From NCBI RefSeq assembly GCF_001194135.2, contig NC_068987.1, positions 24,236,581 through 24,300,580 on the forward strand: DNA of 64,000 bases. Direction: 5' to 3'. Source of the stretch: Octopus bimaculoides (lineage: Eukaryota). The position numbers and the translations under genes were made by a program. The notes below the pieces were generated by a model. It was given only the letters and a program-made list of their open reading frames with translations. It had not been told where the DNA came from and did no database searches. Below, one piece after another: positions 11,091 to 24,172 of this stretch. Position 1 is the first letter of the stretch. Every line of letters starts with the position of its first letter.

Positions 11091-11490
11091 ACTGTTATTA
11101 CAATAATAAATCAAGCTACAGTAGGATGGTCATGGTGAGAGTTCACTGGAGCTTTTGGCTTACTTCAAGAAATGGATGAATGTTGTATTTATAGAGTTTC
11201 ATTGTGAAATATTACCATTTTGTTTCAGAATCGTTTCCCATATTTATGATTTTTATATAAAAATTTTTATTTACACCTTTAATATTTAGCATCCATTATT
11301 CTCTGCATTAGTCTTTATTGCATGAAACATTTGTGGTTCAAAAACTCTGAAAATATCCATATACAGATCACAAACCATTTTTTTACTATTGTAATATTTA
11401 CATTTTCCCAATGGTTTAAATTTTTATAGAAGTCAGAAGCAGCAATTCATTTTTACAACCTTCATTTCAGAATATGTGTATGTATGTATG

Positions 11491-11530
<40 letters not shown>

Positions 11531-11539
11531 TACATATAC

Positions 11540-11583
<44 letters not shown>

Positions 11584-11649
11584 NNNNNNNNNNNNNNNNN
11601 NNNNNNNNNNNNNNNNNNNNNNNNNNNNNNNNNNNNNNNNNNNNNNNNN

Positions 11650-12191
11650 ATTCATCAGGCACCCATTTTCCAAGTTTAGGAACCTTTCCAAGTTGTTGAA
11701 GATGACGATGAACAGTTGTATGGTTTGAACTAAGCTTTACTGCCAATTCTTCAACTGTAATGCAGGATTTTCTTCAAGTAATGCCTCGAGGAGTTTATAA
11801 AACTCAACTGGACATCCTGTTCGATCTTCATCTTCAAGGCTGAAATCTCCACTTCTGAATTTTGCAAACCATCTTCTGCAAGTTCTTTCATTCAAGCATT
11901 CTTTCCCATAAATTGAGTGTATGTTTCAAGTCGCTTCAGCTGCAAAGTTTCCTTTTTTTGTACTCATAAAGCATTTTGTGCCTCAAATGCTCTTTGGATA
12001 CTTCCATGTTACAAAGGGTTTTAATCAAAGAAATTTTAATTCTATTATTCTGTAAAATAATACTGAATTAGCTTAAATGTACACAAATGCATAAAAATAA
12101 TTTTTAATTCCATTAGACATTCTAAAATACTATTAAATTTCATTCAGTTTTAAACAACATAAAATCGGACAGAACTTATGGGATGACCTGA
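11650..12191 (-). mobile_element. mariner transposon 5' part (TIR plus N-terminal transposase), cut by an assembly gap
   Basis: MEVSKEHLRH...RRWFAKFRSGDFSLEDEDRTG...LGKWVPDE (WVPHEL-type motif); TIR tcaggtcatcccataagttctgtccg next to TA. Confidence 0.88.
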
Positions 12192-12369
12192 TATATATAC
12201 ATACATATATATATGTATATGGCTGGCCGGCAACGTATTTTTCTGCATTATATGGATAATTTATCCTGATCACGCTATTTTATAGCATTATCACGCATTT
12301 GAGAATTGAATTTATTTCTGTATCTTACAATACATCTCAATGCTTCTAAAAATAAAATTTTTTTTAAAA

Positions 12370-12840
12370 ACTTTACTTTCATCGTAAAGTTGAATATATA
12401 TATGTATATAGGGAGAATTCACAAAAAAAAACTACAGATGAATACAGGTGGTGTAGACAACAAACAGATGTATTAGTATAACGCTCGGGAATAGAAAAAG
12501 TCTTTAATGTTTTGAGCCTACGCTCTTCCACAGAAAGAAACAAGGAGAGAAAAAAAATGTGTGTAGTGGTTAGCGATCTATCATGGCGAATGCTGACAGA
12601 AGGGTCACACAGGAGAGTTAAGAAGAAGGGGAGATAACGTAGTGATCCCAAAACGAAGGTGTGCATGTGTAAGAGAGTGCTGGTGATATTGACGTGTGTA
12701 GGTGTGAAAATGTGGGGATGGGAATTGGTCAGTGGTGGTGGGAAAAGCATGGGGCGGTAGGGTATAAGGGATGGGTAGGACTGAGTGGGGGTGGGGTGCG
12801 CTTATGAGGGAGGGTTGCTCGTTTACAACAATCACATAAT
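12370..12840. mobile_element. Penelope-like terminal-repeat relic
   Basis: Strong purine/pyrimidine strand skew; gagcctacgctcttcc...aatgtttt resembles degenerate PLE terminal motifs. Recognition only. Confidence 0.35.
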
Positions 12841-13029
12841 ATCAAGACAAGAATTCATACACATACATGATGAGCGTTCTCTTTCCAACTATTTAGTCCA
12901 ATCATCAGGTTTTTGTTGACCCAAAGCAACAGTAGAAGACACCCAAGGTGCCTTGCAGGGAACTGAAACTAAGACCATGTTTTCCCAGATTTTGGTATTC
13001 ATACTCATTGCCTTCATGTCACGTTTGTA

Positions 13030-13625
13030 CTCATCCTTGAAACGGAGGTGTGGTCGTTAGCGAGCACGTCTGCCAGAGGCTAGCTCCCCATACATTATAT
13101 CTTTTGGTAACCTCCTGTCAGGCATCCAGTGCACATGTCCCAGCCAGCAGAGATGGCGTTACCGAAGTAGTGTGAAAGTAGTTAATAGCTGGGAATGGGT
13201 AAGTATTTCATTGTTGGTGATGTGGTCATTCCACTTGACCCTAAGAATACTCCGAAAGTTGTGCAGATGAAAGGCATTCAGGTGGTGTTCTTGTCTGGCA
13301 TAAAGGCACCAGGTCTCACCACTGTATAGCAAGGTGCTGAAGACACATACATTATAAAATGTGAATTTGGTGGATCTCGTCAGCTTGCCATTTAACCACA
13401 CTTTTTGAGCTAGTTTGGCGAAGGTCAAAGCTCAAGGCTGCTAACCCAATTCTCCTGTTCAGCTCCTGGTCGAGTGTGAGGCCATCTGTAATTGTTGAGC
13501 CAAGGTACATAAACTCACAGACCACATCAAGTGAGTGGTTGTCAATGGTAATGATGGGGGTATCCAAGACACCTTGGCCCATTACCTTGGTCTTCTGTTG
13601 GCTGATTGTTAAGCTGAAGGCACAG
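13030..13625 (-). mobile_element. RTE-BovB-like LINE 3' fragment
   Basis: FMYLGSTITDG...FAKLAQKVWLN...STLLYSGETW...LRVKWNDHITNNEIL. Confidence 0.85.
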
Positions 13626-13664
13626 CACGCCTGGTTGCGATTGCTTATTTATATATATTTATAT

Positions 13665-13925
13665 AGGGTGTCCCAAAATTAAGGCAACCAACTTTTTCAA
13701 TTTTGCCAAGGTAAAATATTGTTATATTTTGGGTCTAAGCAATGGTAAAGGAAACACAATTATGACACTGCCACATTTATTCGATATGACCACCTCTGTT
13801 TCGAACCACAGCCTTAAGTCTAGGTGTGAATACTTCACATGCGACATGCAGCTGTTCTTGTGGAGCTAAAGCCCATTTATGGTGTAGTTTTACTTTCAGA
13901 GCATTGAGCAAAGCACGAGGAGTTC
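13665..13925 (-). mobile_element. Tc1/mariner (maT/DD37D-like) 3' end with TIR
   Basis: C-terminus FTPRLKAVVRNRGGHIE*; TA-flanked agggtgtcccaaaatt TIR. Confidence 0.7.
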
Positions 13926-13998
13926 TATATTTAAGAGATGAGGAATTATGTACATTATTTACATTTGACGGATATTTGTCCTCATCTTGTTTGTTGTT

Positions 13999-14044
13999 AA
14001 CACAACGTTTCGGCTGATATACCCTCCAGCCTTCATCAGGTGTC
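13999..14044 (-). ncRNA. Minimal type-I hammerhead ribozyme (Penelope-like element type)
   Basis: Minus strand reads GACAC-CUGAUGA-A-GGCUG-(10-nt loop)-CAGCC-GAA-ACGU-U^GUGUU; stems I and II pair and helix III is the palindrome ACGU. Confidence 0.7.
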
Positions 14045-14635
14045 TTGGAGAATCCAGGTTCTAAATTTCCCCAAGACACCTGATGAAGGCTGGAGGGTAT
14101 ATCAGCTAAAGACATACACCAAAATACCCATGTTCACAAATACACACGCCCATAAGACAGACATCCCGTAGATAACCACCCCAACACATACCTGCTCATA
14201 CGAATTCTATTCTCACATAAACAAACCAACACACTATACATTACACACCGTATGCACTACACTTTACGCATCACATTACACATTTCACACCACACGGTAG
14301 TATATAAAAAAAACCCCACACAACTTTATCCTTTACACGCACCAACAGCAAGCATAACCAAGGGATATAACTCATGTTGGACTCCTCTGGAACTTTTTTC
14401 AGCCTACCACCTTTACACAGCAGACGCCGACCGGTCGTGTTCATTTCCACCTCCAGCAGTGGAGAGCGGTCGCTATTTCCTATTACATGTCGGCTATCTC
14501 TGATGAGCGCATATTACTGGTTTGTTGCCTAACACTGCATTATATAATTTCACTTGAAATCGATTGGTAAGACCAGCCGTGATGGATAATTAACACTATA
14601 AAATTCAGACACTATATATATATATATATATATAT

Positions 14636-15005
14636 GCAGAGGAGTGGCTACGTAATAAGAAGTTGCTTCCCAACTACACGGTTGCGGGATCAGTCCCACT
14701 TGGACAAGTGTCTTCTACTATAGCCTTGGGCTGACCAAAGCCTTTTGAGTGGATTTGGTAAAGAAGCTCGTCGTGAATCAACCTCAGCACACAAAGACAC
14801 ACACACATGTGTCTGTGCTTGTCTCCCATCACCGCTTGACAACCGGTGTTGGTGTGTTTCTGTCCTCGTATATTAGCGGATCGACATAGTGTTCGATAAA
14901 ATAAGTACCAGGCTTAAAAAAAAAAGTACTGGGTCTGATTCATTCAACTAAGAATTCTCCAATATGGTGCCCTAACATGACCGCCGTCAAAGATTGGTAC
15001 AAATA
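14636..15005 (+). mobile_element. tRNA/CORE-type SINE
   Basis: Collinear with 8682-9010 (gcttcccaactacacggtt, gtgtcttctactatagccttggg, accgcttgacaaccggtgttgg). Confidence 0.8.
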
Positions 15006-15060
15006 AAATGATATGTGGAGAGATGGGGGTGGGGTGCAGACAGCTGTATTAATTTACTCT

Positions 15061-15108
15061 TTACGTCACTTCCTTTTCTTTTCTTTTCTTCCGGTAGCGA
15101 AGGTAACA
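15061..15108. promoter_or_regulatory. ETS-CRE composite and second ETS core; candidate promoter/first exon of the 17500 gene
   Basis: acgtcacttcc (reverse GGAAGTGACGT) at 15063-15073, cttccggt at ~15088, possible donor gaag|gtaaca at 15103. Confidence 0.4.
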
Positions 15109-16081
15109 AAGAAATTAGTCGTGGTTCGCCATTATTGATTAATCTATCTCGGAAATTCTTGACGATAACTTATAGAACCTGGCTATTTCGTTGAACAGCT
15201 CAGTGGTAAGTGGACTGGTTTCATCCTCACTTGGCAAAACTTCTCTGTGTATGAGTACATTCGATAACTTTTGTTTTCACCCTATATTGATATATAAGTA
15301 TTAAAAATATCGACCTATGCAGTCAATATTTTTTCGAAAATAAAGCTACAGTTTAGTCTGCAGGTGTTTAGTTCCAGGTCAGAATTGGTCTGGCAGACCT
15401 ATTCTAAAAGTTGTTCCGGCTGTGATCACCCCTACCAAATTTTCATGTAGAACGTGCTGTCTCTAGTTTGACAGCCGAATGTAGGTGATAATGACACATA
15501 AACATAGTGATTGGATATTTGCGAAGATTATGATTATTATCAGTAAACAGTATGTTCTGAAATTATGTATTTCATCAAAGATTTATTCTTCTTCGATTTG
15601 CTATAAATGACGATGATCGTGCGTTGGCTAAAAGTATTAAATCATTTGTTTACAATTATTGACACCAGTGTTACCCGTCACATCATGGGAGTATGCTTTT
15701 GCCACCTTTTTGTAGTAGTATCGAGAGATGGCATACATACATACAGTAACTATAACTTCATTTTTATGAAATTTCTTGATGCATATACAAAATGATGAAA
15801 TGAATTCTAATTTTCAGAAGAAAATTATTTAAACATCAGGCTGTTCAGAAAGTGAAAAAAAAGAAAAAAAAAAAAGTTGAAAGCGAAAAACAAAATTCTG
15901 TTTTGATTTTATATTATGAAGTTCTCTCTCACCTTGCATATATATTCCCTCTCATCCATTGTCTTTTATTCTTTCAGTATTTGTAGTGCTCATTTATATA
16001 TTGCTTGCTATGTTAACTGTCTTTTACTATCACTTCCTCTCTATATAAACAGTGTAAACGAACCAACATTCATGGCATAAC

Positions 16082-16435
16082 TACAGATTTCTGTCCACCC
16101 CCACCCGCGGACTTTAGATGATCATAACTTTCAGAAAAATGGATATTTTTGTTTATGAAATTTTCTACGAATATGTGTTATATCATGTATATTCCGAATA
16201 TACAACTTGTTTTGGGGGTGGGGTTGGAATTTCGGAAATTCACCGGAGTCCACTTCAATTCGTCTTAACTTTCGGGAAAATGGATATTTTTAAATGAAAT
16301 TCTCTACAAATATACCTCGGACTATGTAGATTCCGAGGACATAGGAATTTTGGGGGAAAACAATTAGAGGTTATTTTTGAGAACCGTTCCCCAGTCGGAG
16401 GTGTTTCGGAACAAGTCGTCCATGTTTGTTTCATT
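16082..16435 (-). mobile_element. Interspersed repeat with internal subrepeats (possibly Helitron-derived)
   Basis: Reverse complement of 57290-57680; related copy at 27180-27450. Confidence 0.55.
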
Positions 16436-17499
16436 TTGTTTTCTACGTTTGTGCATCCGTAGATTTCAACATACACACACACACACTTGTAATTAAAAAA
16501 GTTAAAACGGGGAATTATTTCATTCACTATCATGTGTATTATAGAGATTATGTAACAAATTACACTTGTGCGTGTATATTCTTTATTTTTGCTTCTGGTG
16601 TCTTCTGCCTTTCTATTAGAAACGTTTACCTGGGAATTTACTTAAAGTGAAAAAAAAAATCGTATGCCACAGATAAGTCGTCTTAGTAACATATTTCTGT
16701 GTATCAGACATTTAACTGTTATTTTTAGCTTAACGAGTTTTCTGGTGAGGGCTTCATTTGCCTTCATTGCCTGTTTAATCTGGCATGGTACACACTCTGA
16801 CATTGTTGTATTTTACAAATGCAGAGTTCCCACAAAGTTGTGTGAAGTCATGTTAATAAGAAATTAGAAATTAAAGTTGAAATATTCAGGTAAATGTTTA
16901 TATTTATAGTTTGTTAATATAGAAATGTAACAAAGTTTGTATTGTTTCTAACACTGTTTCTTTATTATTTCAGCTGACATTGGCATAAAATGATTCTCTC
17001 CTTCATATAAATCACCAATGTTTGTCATACTTTTTAAAGATGTTATACAGAACTGATAAAACTTTGTTTGTATAAATCTATGGTGGAATTACCGTGAAAT
17101 AATTCCTTTGACCTGATATTATTAATAATATTTCTCTACTTTCTGGAATAAATACAAGATAATTTTGCATTCTAATTAAACTTGGACAAATTTACCACAG
17201 AGACATAACTGGCTTCTCTTGACAGAAATTTCATGTATATCTAGGTAACTGGATCTATTTTAGTGTTACCATACGCATTGATTTCTTACTACAAGACAGA
17301 CTTCTGTAATAAAACAGTCTTGGAATACTTGCACAGAAATGATTTCTTATGATAAATCACCATGTAAGTAACCATTAGTTGCATCTTCAGACATCATCAA
17401 AGATCAGAGTTGATGGAAATAAAGTTCAAGAAATGTTTGTTGAAATATAAAGCCTAACACAAGAAAAGTATTTGTATATTGTGGTAAGAGAAGAAAATT

Positions 17500-18702
17500 A
17501 TGGAAAATGAATTATGTGACAACCAGGATGAATATAAAATACAGTCAAGGACTGATTTTCCTGATAAGACACTGAAACAAATAGAAAAGTCATCAAAACA
17601 CTGTGATGTTTCTAAGCTATTATCTGAAAAAGGTACCTTAACTAAACATAAACCTATTCATGCTGGAGGGAAACCATATCACTGTGATATCTGTGGTAAA
17701 TCATTTTCTCAGAAGGGTTCCTTAACTACACACAACCGTATTCATACAGGAGAGAAGCCATATGACTGTGATATCTGTAGTAAATCATTCTCTACAAAAG
17801 TTCACCTAGCTACTCACATACGCATTCATACAGGAGTGAAACCATATCACTGTGATACCTGTGATAAATCATTCTCTCAAAGCAGTTATTTAACTACTCA
17901 TAAACGTATTCATACAGGAGAGAAGCCATATCACTGTGATATCTGTGGAAAATCATTTTCTCGCAATGGCAAATTATCTACTCACAAACGTATTCATACA
18001 GGAGAGAAGCCATATGACTGTAATATCTGTGGTAAAACATTTTCTAGAAGTGATTATTTAACTACTCATAAACATATTCATACAGGAAAGAAGCCTTATG
18101 ACTGCGATGGCTGTGATAAATCATTCTTTCGATATAGTGAATTGACTACTCACAAACGTATTCATACAGGAGAGAAGCCATATCACTGTGATATCTGTGG
18201 TAAATCATTCTCTCGAAGTGATCACTTAACTACTCACAAACATATTCATACAAGAGAGAGGCCATATCATTGTGATATCTGTGGTAAATCATTCTCTGTA
18301 GATAGTCACTTAACTACTCACAAACGCATTCATGCAGGGGAGAAGCCATATCAATGTGACATCTGTGGTAAATCTTTCTCTCAAACAAATATCTTAACAA
18401 CTCACAAACGTATTCATACAGGAGAGAAGCCATATCTCTGTGATGTATGTGGCAAATCATTCTCTGTACCATGTAGTTTAACTAAACACAAACGTATCCA
18501 TACAGGAGAGAGACCATATCACTGCAGTATCTGTGGTAAATCATTCTCCATAGATAGTCACTTGACAACTCACAAACGCATTCATACTGGAGAGAAACCA
18601 TATCACTGTGATATCTGTGGTAAATCATTCTCTCGAAGTAGCTATTTGAATACTCACAAGCGTGTTCATACAGAAAAGAAGCCAGATGACTCTGATATAT
18701 AA
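17500..18702 (+). CDS. C2H2 zinc-finger protein, 400 aa; 12 intact fingers plus one degenerate N-terminal finger
   Basis: ATG-initiated ORF with tandem [11 protein letters not shown]...H-x3-H TGEKP units. Confidence 0.95.
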   Translation: MENELCDNQDEYKIQSRTDFPDKTLKQIEKSSKHCDVSKLLSEKGTLTKHKPIHAGGKPYHCDICGKSFSQKGSLTTHNRIHTGEKPYDCDICSKSFSTKVHLATHIRIHTGVKPYHCDTCDKSFSQSSYLTTHKRIHTGEKPYHCDICGKSFSRNGKLSTHKRIHTGEKPYDCNICGKTFSRSDYLTTHKHIHTGKKPYDCDGCDKSFFRYSELTTHKRIHTGEKPYHCDICGKSFSRSDHLTTHKHIHTRERPYHCDICGKSFSVDSHLTTHKRIHAGEKPYQCDICGKSFSQTNILTTHKRIHTGEKPYLCDVCGKSFSVPCSLTKHKRIHTGERPYHCSICGKSFSIDSHLTTHKRIHTGEKPYHCDICGKSFSRSSYLNTHKRVHTEKKPDDSDI

Positions 18703-20229
18703 AGTAAATAATTCTCTTTTAATGGTGACAACCATTTGGAAACACATTCACATATTTGTTGCTGGGTTTAGCATCACAATTTGGCTGTTGTGTTATTTTA
18801 GTGAAGACTACTGTGTTTGCATTCAGAACAGGTGTTATTTTCATTTGAGTGAACTATGAAAAGTCTGTCCTATAAGAGAGAAGCTATATCCCTGTTGAAA
18901 ATACTTCTCTCTAAAATGTTGAGTTAATGAGATACAAGCATTCATACAAGAAAAAAAGCTGTCACTCTCACCTGCATTAAATCATTCTCATAAAATTATA
19001 TAGCCATATTTTCATATTACAACAAATATGTCTATATTGGTGATGTTAAAACTTATCAGTGTGATATTTCTAATAAATACTTGCTTTCAAAATGCTCATC
19101 TACATATATATATATATATATACATTTTAGAAATGCCTAGAAAGGAGAAAAGATACTCTTGGTTTATTTGAAATTGAGAGTAAATAATATGGAAATGTAT
19201 TTACTGATTAACATTACAGTATGTTTTAAGTAAAATACACAAGCCTTAATAAAATGCACTTCATCATAGGATAATATGTATTAGAACTTATATTCTAGTT
19301 CTTTTTATACAGTCAGGTCTTACTACCTATTCTGATAAAATAAATTTAAAGTATATGCCTTTAAGAAACTGATTTTGTTTGGAAAATCCATGTAATTTAT
19401 CATTTCTCTGATGCTTAAGCAAATGTTAATTTGCATGTATCAAGGTCTATGATACAGCAGATCATCACTCTGAATTGACTTCTGACACCTCATCTGTAAC
19501 GCCCTGCACCCTGAGATCTGACTGCATCACTCTATTGTTTATATGTGATTGTTTTAAATAAAGAAACTAAATCTCTTTATGAAGATGTAAATATTTCTAT
19601 CTGAAAAATGTATGATGAAGATAAATTTTAGATTAAATTCTTTTTAATCTCCTAACTTATGAACGCAATAACTGCATTACTCTGCTGTTACTTAACAATA
19701 CTGTTGCATATACTATTGATAGTATACATCATTCTATGCACACACATTCATGCAGGAGAGAAGCTATACACTTGTGGTATCTTGTTTTCTAAGCTGTAAA
19801 TTAAACAAACATCAACACATTCAGGAAGAGAAGCAATATCTCTGAAATATCTATTGTGTATCATATCCTGAAACTGGTAACTTCATGAGACAGGAGAGGA
19901 GCTGTATTTCTATAACATCTTTGGACATATTCACAACTATGTTCATATTGAAGTAAAGTATATGTAACAGGATTCAGCACATATTATATGTAAACCACTA
20001 CTGCATTGGTAATTTCTAAAAATACTGTCCACACATGTGCATTATCTTCCTAAACACCTTACCCCCAATAATTCACTGAATCTAGGAATAGACCTGAAAA
20101 GCATCTTTCAACGAAGTCATGACATCCTTGTCACTTTGACAACACACCAACTTGTTTACTAGACTTATCAATAAAACATGTTATACCATATAGTTTGTAG
20201 TCGCGAATAACAAATCCCTCAGTTGTTAC

Positions 20230-20760
20230 ACTTGTTAGGTTTTGCAATCTTTGGTGCCATTATATTGTATTTCCACATATATAACATTAATAAACTATCA
20301 CAAATACTAGGATTCTTGTTTAGAATCAGGAGATTAACAACCTCAATTGTTAAATCTATACAAAGCTCAAATAAGACAAACCATGGAGCAGTGTGTATAT
20401 CTATGGGATGGCACTGATGATATTAATACATTTGCATCCTTGAGCAAATTCAAAAGAAAGTAATTTAACTGATTCAATCACAAAGAAGCTTCAACCACTA
20501 TCTCATGGAAACAATTTGTTCTCTCTCTGTTGTTACTGCAGTGGTATCTCCTCTGAAATATCTGAACATGTTCCCTCTTACAATTACCTCTCTGCCCATG
20601 TTTTTCCCAATGAATCTTCAAACTGAAAATCAAAATATCAACCCTACCGATCTCACCGGTCTGGAAGGACTTACGAAGATCAGTAACTGACAAAAGCATC
20701 AACAAATAGATAACTTACCACTGGTGAAGCACTCTTAAAATATTTATTTTCTCTCTTAAC
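20230..20760 (+). mobile_element. Jockey/CR1-like LINE, RT C-terminal relic
   Basis: Frameshifted LYKAQIRQTMEQCVYLWDG...PLSHG...YCSGISSE, matching the LYKAQxRPxMEYCSHxWxG pattern. Confidence 0.55.
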
Positions 20761-21761
20761 ATCAGAAACATATTCTCACAACTTGATGATAGCATCACTG
20801 CACAGTTATATAAATAAATGTGTATACCTGTTTTCACTTCACTCTGCACCAGTTCTGATTGTTGATTGAAAATATTGAGTAAAACAATTATTGAAAAAAT
20901 ATTTCTTGGCTAAAAGCTATTGAAATAGATTAACCTCAGGAGTGTCATAAGATGTATTATCTATATTTATCTGAATGATAAAAAAACATTTTAAAACTAG
21001 AAAACTTCAGTTACACAAATATTATTTATATTTTTTTAACAAATCAAAGGATATAAACAGAAAAATGTTAAACTTATCAGCTGACAGCCATCCTCTTATA
21101 GGGAATGTACAACTGAAGTACATAAAACAATACAAAAGACATTAAACCCAGGAGGACTAATATCAGCTGATACAACCCTCCATACAATCTGCCTGTGACT
21201 AGAAATGTAACAAGCAACTTATTGTCATTGGTCAGCTAATGATTTTGCAGCAACAGAAGTACCACAATACCCCTGATAAAAGTGTGAAGATATACAGCTA
21301 TATAGATAATATACACTTCAAAATCTCACACAATAACAAAATGCTCAGAAATCTGAATATAATCACAAAACTTCACTCAATGGAAAATATCTGTTGAAGG
21401 TTATACATAAAACTAGTAAAAACAAGATAATATTAAGACAGCATATATACAGCTAACAGAAAACACTTGAAATATACTTGGCACATTTCTTCAAATCTAC
21501 AAACAACTTTATATTGCTGTTAAAAGTTGGAGGAATTAACAATATATCAACAACAATGTTGAAAACACTAGATCATATATCAATGCCGGTAAGAGGTGCA
21601 ACTGGTGAACCATTAAAAAATTCAATATAGTTATAACAAGAGTTATTTAGAGCATGTCCATTCTTAAAAAAACTTACAATAATGATGAGCTAACTTCCCT
21701 AAATATGCTGGATAATACTGGGAGGCAGTAGGAGATGCACTATATGCTGTGTGTTTTTACA

Positions 21762-21935
21762 ATCATCATCATTGTTTAATGTCCATGTTCCATGCTGGCA
21801 TGGGTTGGATAGTTTGACAGGATTCAGGGTGTCAAAGTACTGGATTGTGTTCCAGTGTTTGCTTTGGTATGGTTTCTATGGTTGGGTGTCCTTCCTAACA
21901 TTGACTTCACAATGTGCATTAGATACTTTTTGTTT
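21762..21935 (-). mobile_element. SINE/RTE 3' tail fragment
   Basis: catcatcattgtttaatgtcc...ccatgctggcatgggttgga, homologous to 44518-44680. Confidence 0.6.
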
Positions 21936-23911
21936 TTTTATCATGTTACCAACACTTGTGAGGTTACGTACAGCTTGCAAGACTACAAACCCCCAAGCTT
22001 TATGCTCCGTGATGAGAAGTTAAAATGTGAGAGAAGAGGTCAGAGCAGAATCTACAATCATTGTGGATGTAGTTATCTCTTATTCAATTATAAGAGGTAA
22101 CTATATAAGTAGGCATGAAGAAAAACATTATCAAAGCACATGATCTGATATGGCTAATGAAAATAATGTGATAACTCTGTTTAACTTCCAGCAGATGCTC
22201 CACCTTACTGGAGTCTTTCCAATAGTAAGGTTATTGCAAATTCCAGACAAATCTGAGTTCAACAGAAAAACAGATATAGCCTGTGAAACTGCAATGAACT
22301 GATAAATGTTATTGTATCTGGTGGTTGCAGGAGGGTTATCATACCAATGAATGTATGTAAATATATATTCATGTGAATCTTTATGTGTGTATGTTTAATG
22401 TTTAGGTTGTAACTGGTAAAAGGTTTGGGTTAGGCAGTATGTGGCAAGTTGAGAAAAAGTTGCATAGTCGATACATCGGAAAAAATTGATGCAACAAATA
22501 GTTCATACTTATCAGAGATTTTATTCACTGAGAATTTCACCATCATTTAAAGCTCTTTCTAACAATAAAAACAAAGGAAAACATCAAAGCCTACGGGCTG
22601 TCAGTATATTTTTAATCCTCGTCATTTGAAAATCTGATTATATAACAAACATATTACAAACAGCTGATGGTCATTAGACTATAGAAGGGAAGTAACTCTC
22701 TCTTTCTCAGATTATTTCGTAAGTGCAAATTACAGTTGTCTGAAGTGTGTCAAAATAATTAAATACGTGTAATATGATTTTGGTGGGTAAATTAGATAGT
22801 TAATCAAGTTAACAGAAAATTTCTTGTAGTGACTTCACAACAATGCACAATGTTTGAACATAATTTACTGTGTTGTGTTAGTATGAAAAGATGTTCATGT
22901 ATTTCAATTAATATATATATGTAACGGTTAATTTTTAATATTTGTAGCGATGCCTGTTATGGTGCAACGTCGAGATCGCCAGTTTGTAACGATAATAATT
23001 TGTTGTTATAATTGCATGTTATAAGATGCGAAAGATGAACAATGCATGAAGTTTTAAGGAAATATTTATTTACCGTTACATTACAAGACCTTGCCTCGAC
23101 GGGCAGGTTATAATATCTGAAAGCATGCGGTAGAATGCTTCTTTGCATAGTTTGGTGTATACGAATTGTTAGTAGTAAGCCACAAATAGCGATAGAATAT
23201 GTAAAAGAACAGAATTAGAGCCAGCGTGAGTTGTAGGGTATGGGACGTTGTCTCACAGTTGCTGACAGTAAACTTCATTTCTTCCTCTGGCCAAGGTTGT
23301 AGCTGGTCAGCTAGACTTCGTTGTCACCATGTGACTGGACTCGTTGAGTTGTTACCGACTGGTGACTAAACTGGTTGAGTCGGCACTGACTGGTGACTAA
23401 ACTAACTTTTTGCTTGGGGTTTCCTTGCTTTTATAACGATCCAGAAGGATAGATATATCATTGAGAACAATAGATTTAGTTGGTGGTCTTGTTATCTCTA
23501 TTCTAGCTTTTGGTGAAGTAGAAGAGGTTAGAAAGGATCAAGTAGTGAAGACATTATTTCGGCCTAGCTAAAGGCATCTGGAAAATGTAAAACTGCTGTC
23601 AGAGAAAAACCATTGTTCCAACGTGGGAAAAGTTCTGTTGTAGTGTTAATTTAAATTTGGCTATGGTGGATTGAATCCACCTCATNNNNNNNNNNNNNNN
23701 NNNNNNNNNNNNNNNNNNNNNNNNNNNNNNNNNNNNNNNNNNNNNNNNNNNNNNNNNNNNNNNNNNNNNNNNNNNNNNNNNNNNNNNNNNNNNNNNNNNN
23801 NNNNNNNNNNNNNNNNNNNNNNNNNNNNNNNNNNNNNNNNNNNNNNNNNNNNNNNNNNNNNNNNNNNNNNNNNNNNNNNNNNNNNNNNNNNNNNNNNNNN
23901 NNNNNNNNNNN

Positions 23912-24172
23912 AAAGCTCCACGAGGCTCCGGCGGGGGATGGTGGCGAACCCTGCTGTACTCTTTCACCACAACTTTCTCTCTCTCTCACTCTTACTTCCT
24001 GTTTCTGTTGTGCCTGTAATTCAAAGGGTCAGCCTTGTCACGCTGAATATCGCTGAGAACTACGTTAAGGGTACACGTGTCTGTGGAGCGCTCAACCACT
24101 TGCACGTTAATTTCACGAGCAGGCTGTTCCATTGATTGGATCAACTGAAACCCGCGACGGAGTGCCAACAAC
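23912..24172 (+). mobile_element. SINE 3' part, third family
   Basis: gagaactacgttaagggtacacgtgtctgtggag...cacgagcaggctgttcc...acggagtgccaacaac; recognised octopus repeat, family not assigned. Confidence 0.5.

Noticed and set aside
11462-11746. ORFs rich in YI/HT/X around 11462-11746, 33007-33493, 34042-34319, 35550-35986, 56620-57429 and 58289-59424
   Set aside because: Translations of (TA)n/(CA)n microsatellites and N gaps; only the mariner part of 11650-11746 is real.
14500-14520. CTGATGAGCG hammerhead-like start; also degenerate cores near 12500-12530 and 43625-43655
   Set aside because: Stem II/GAAA or core residues are missing or mutated; cannot form an active ribozyme as written.
21060-21720. 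Possible I-clade LINE relic (YIDNI, LKYL.., GAT-like fragments)
   Set aside because: Too decayed to support beyond scattered motifs.
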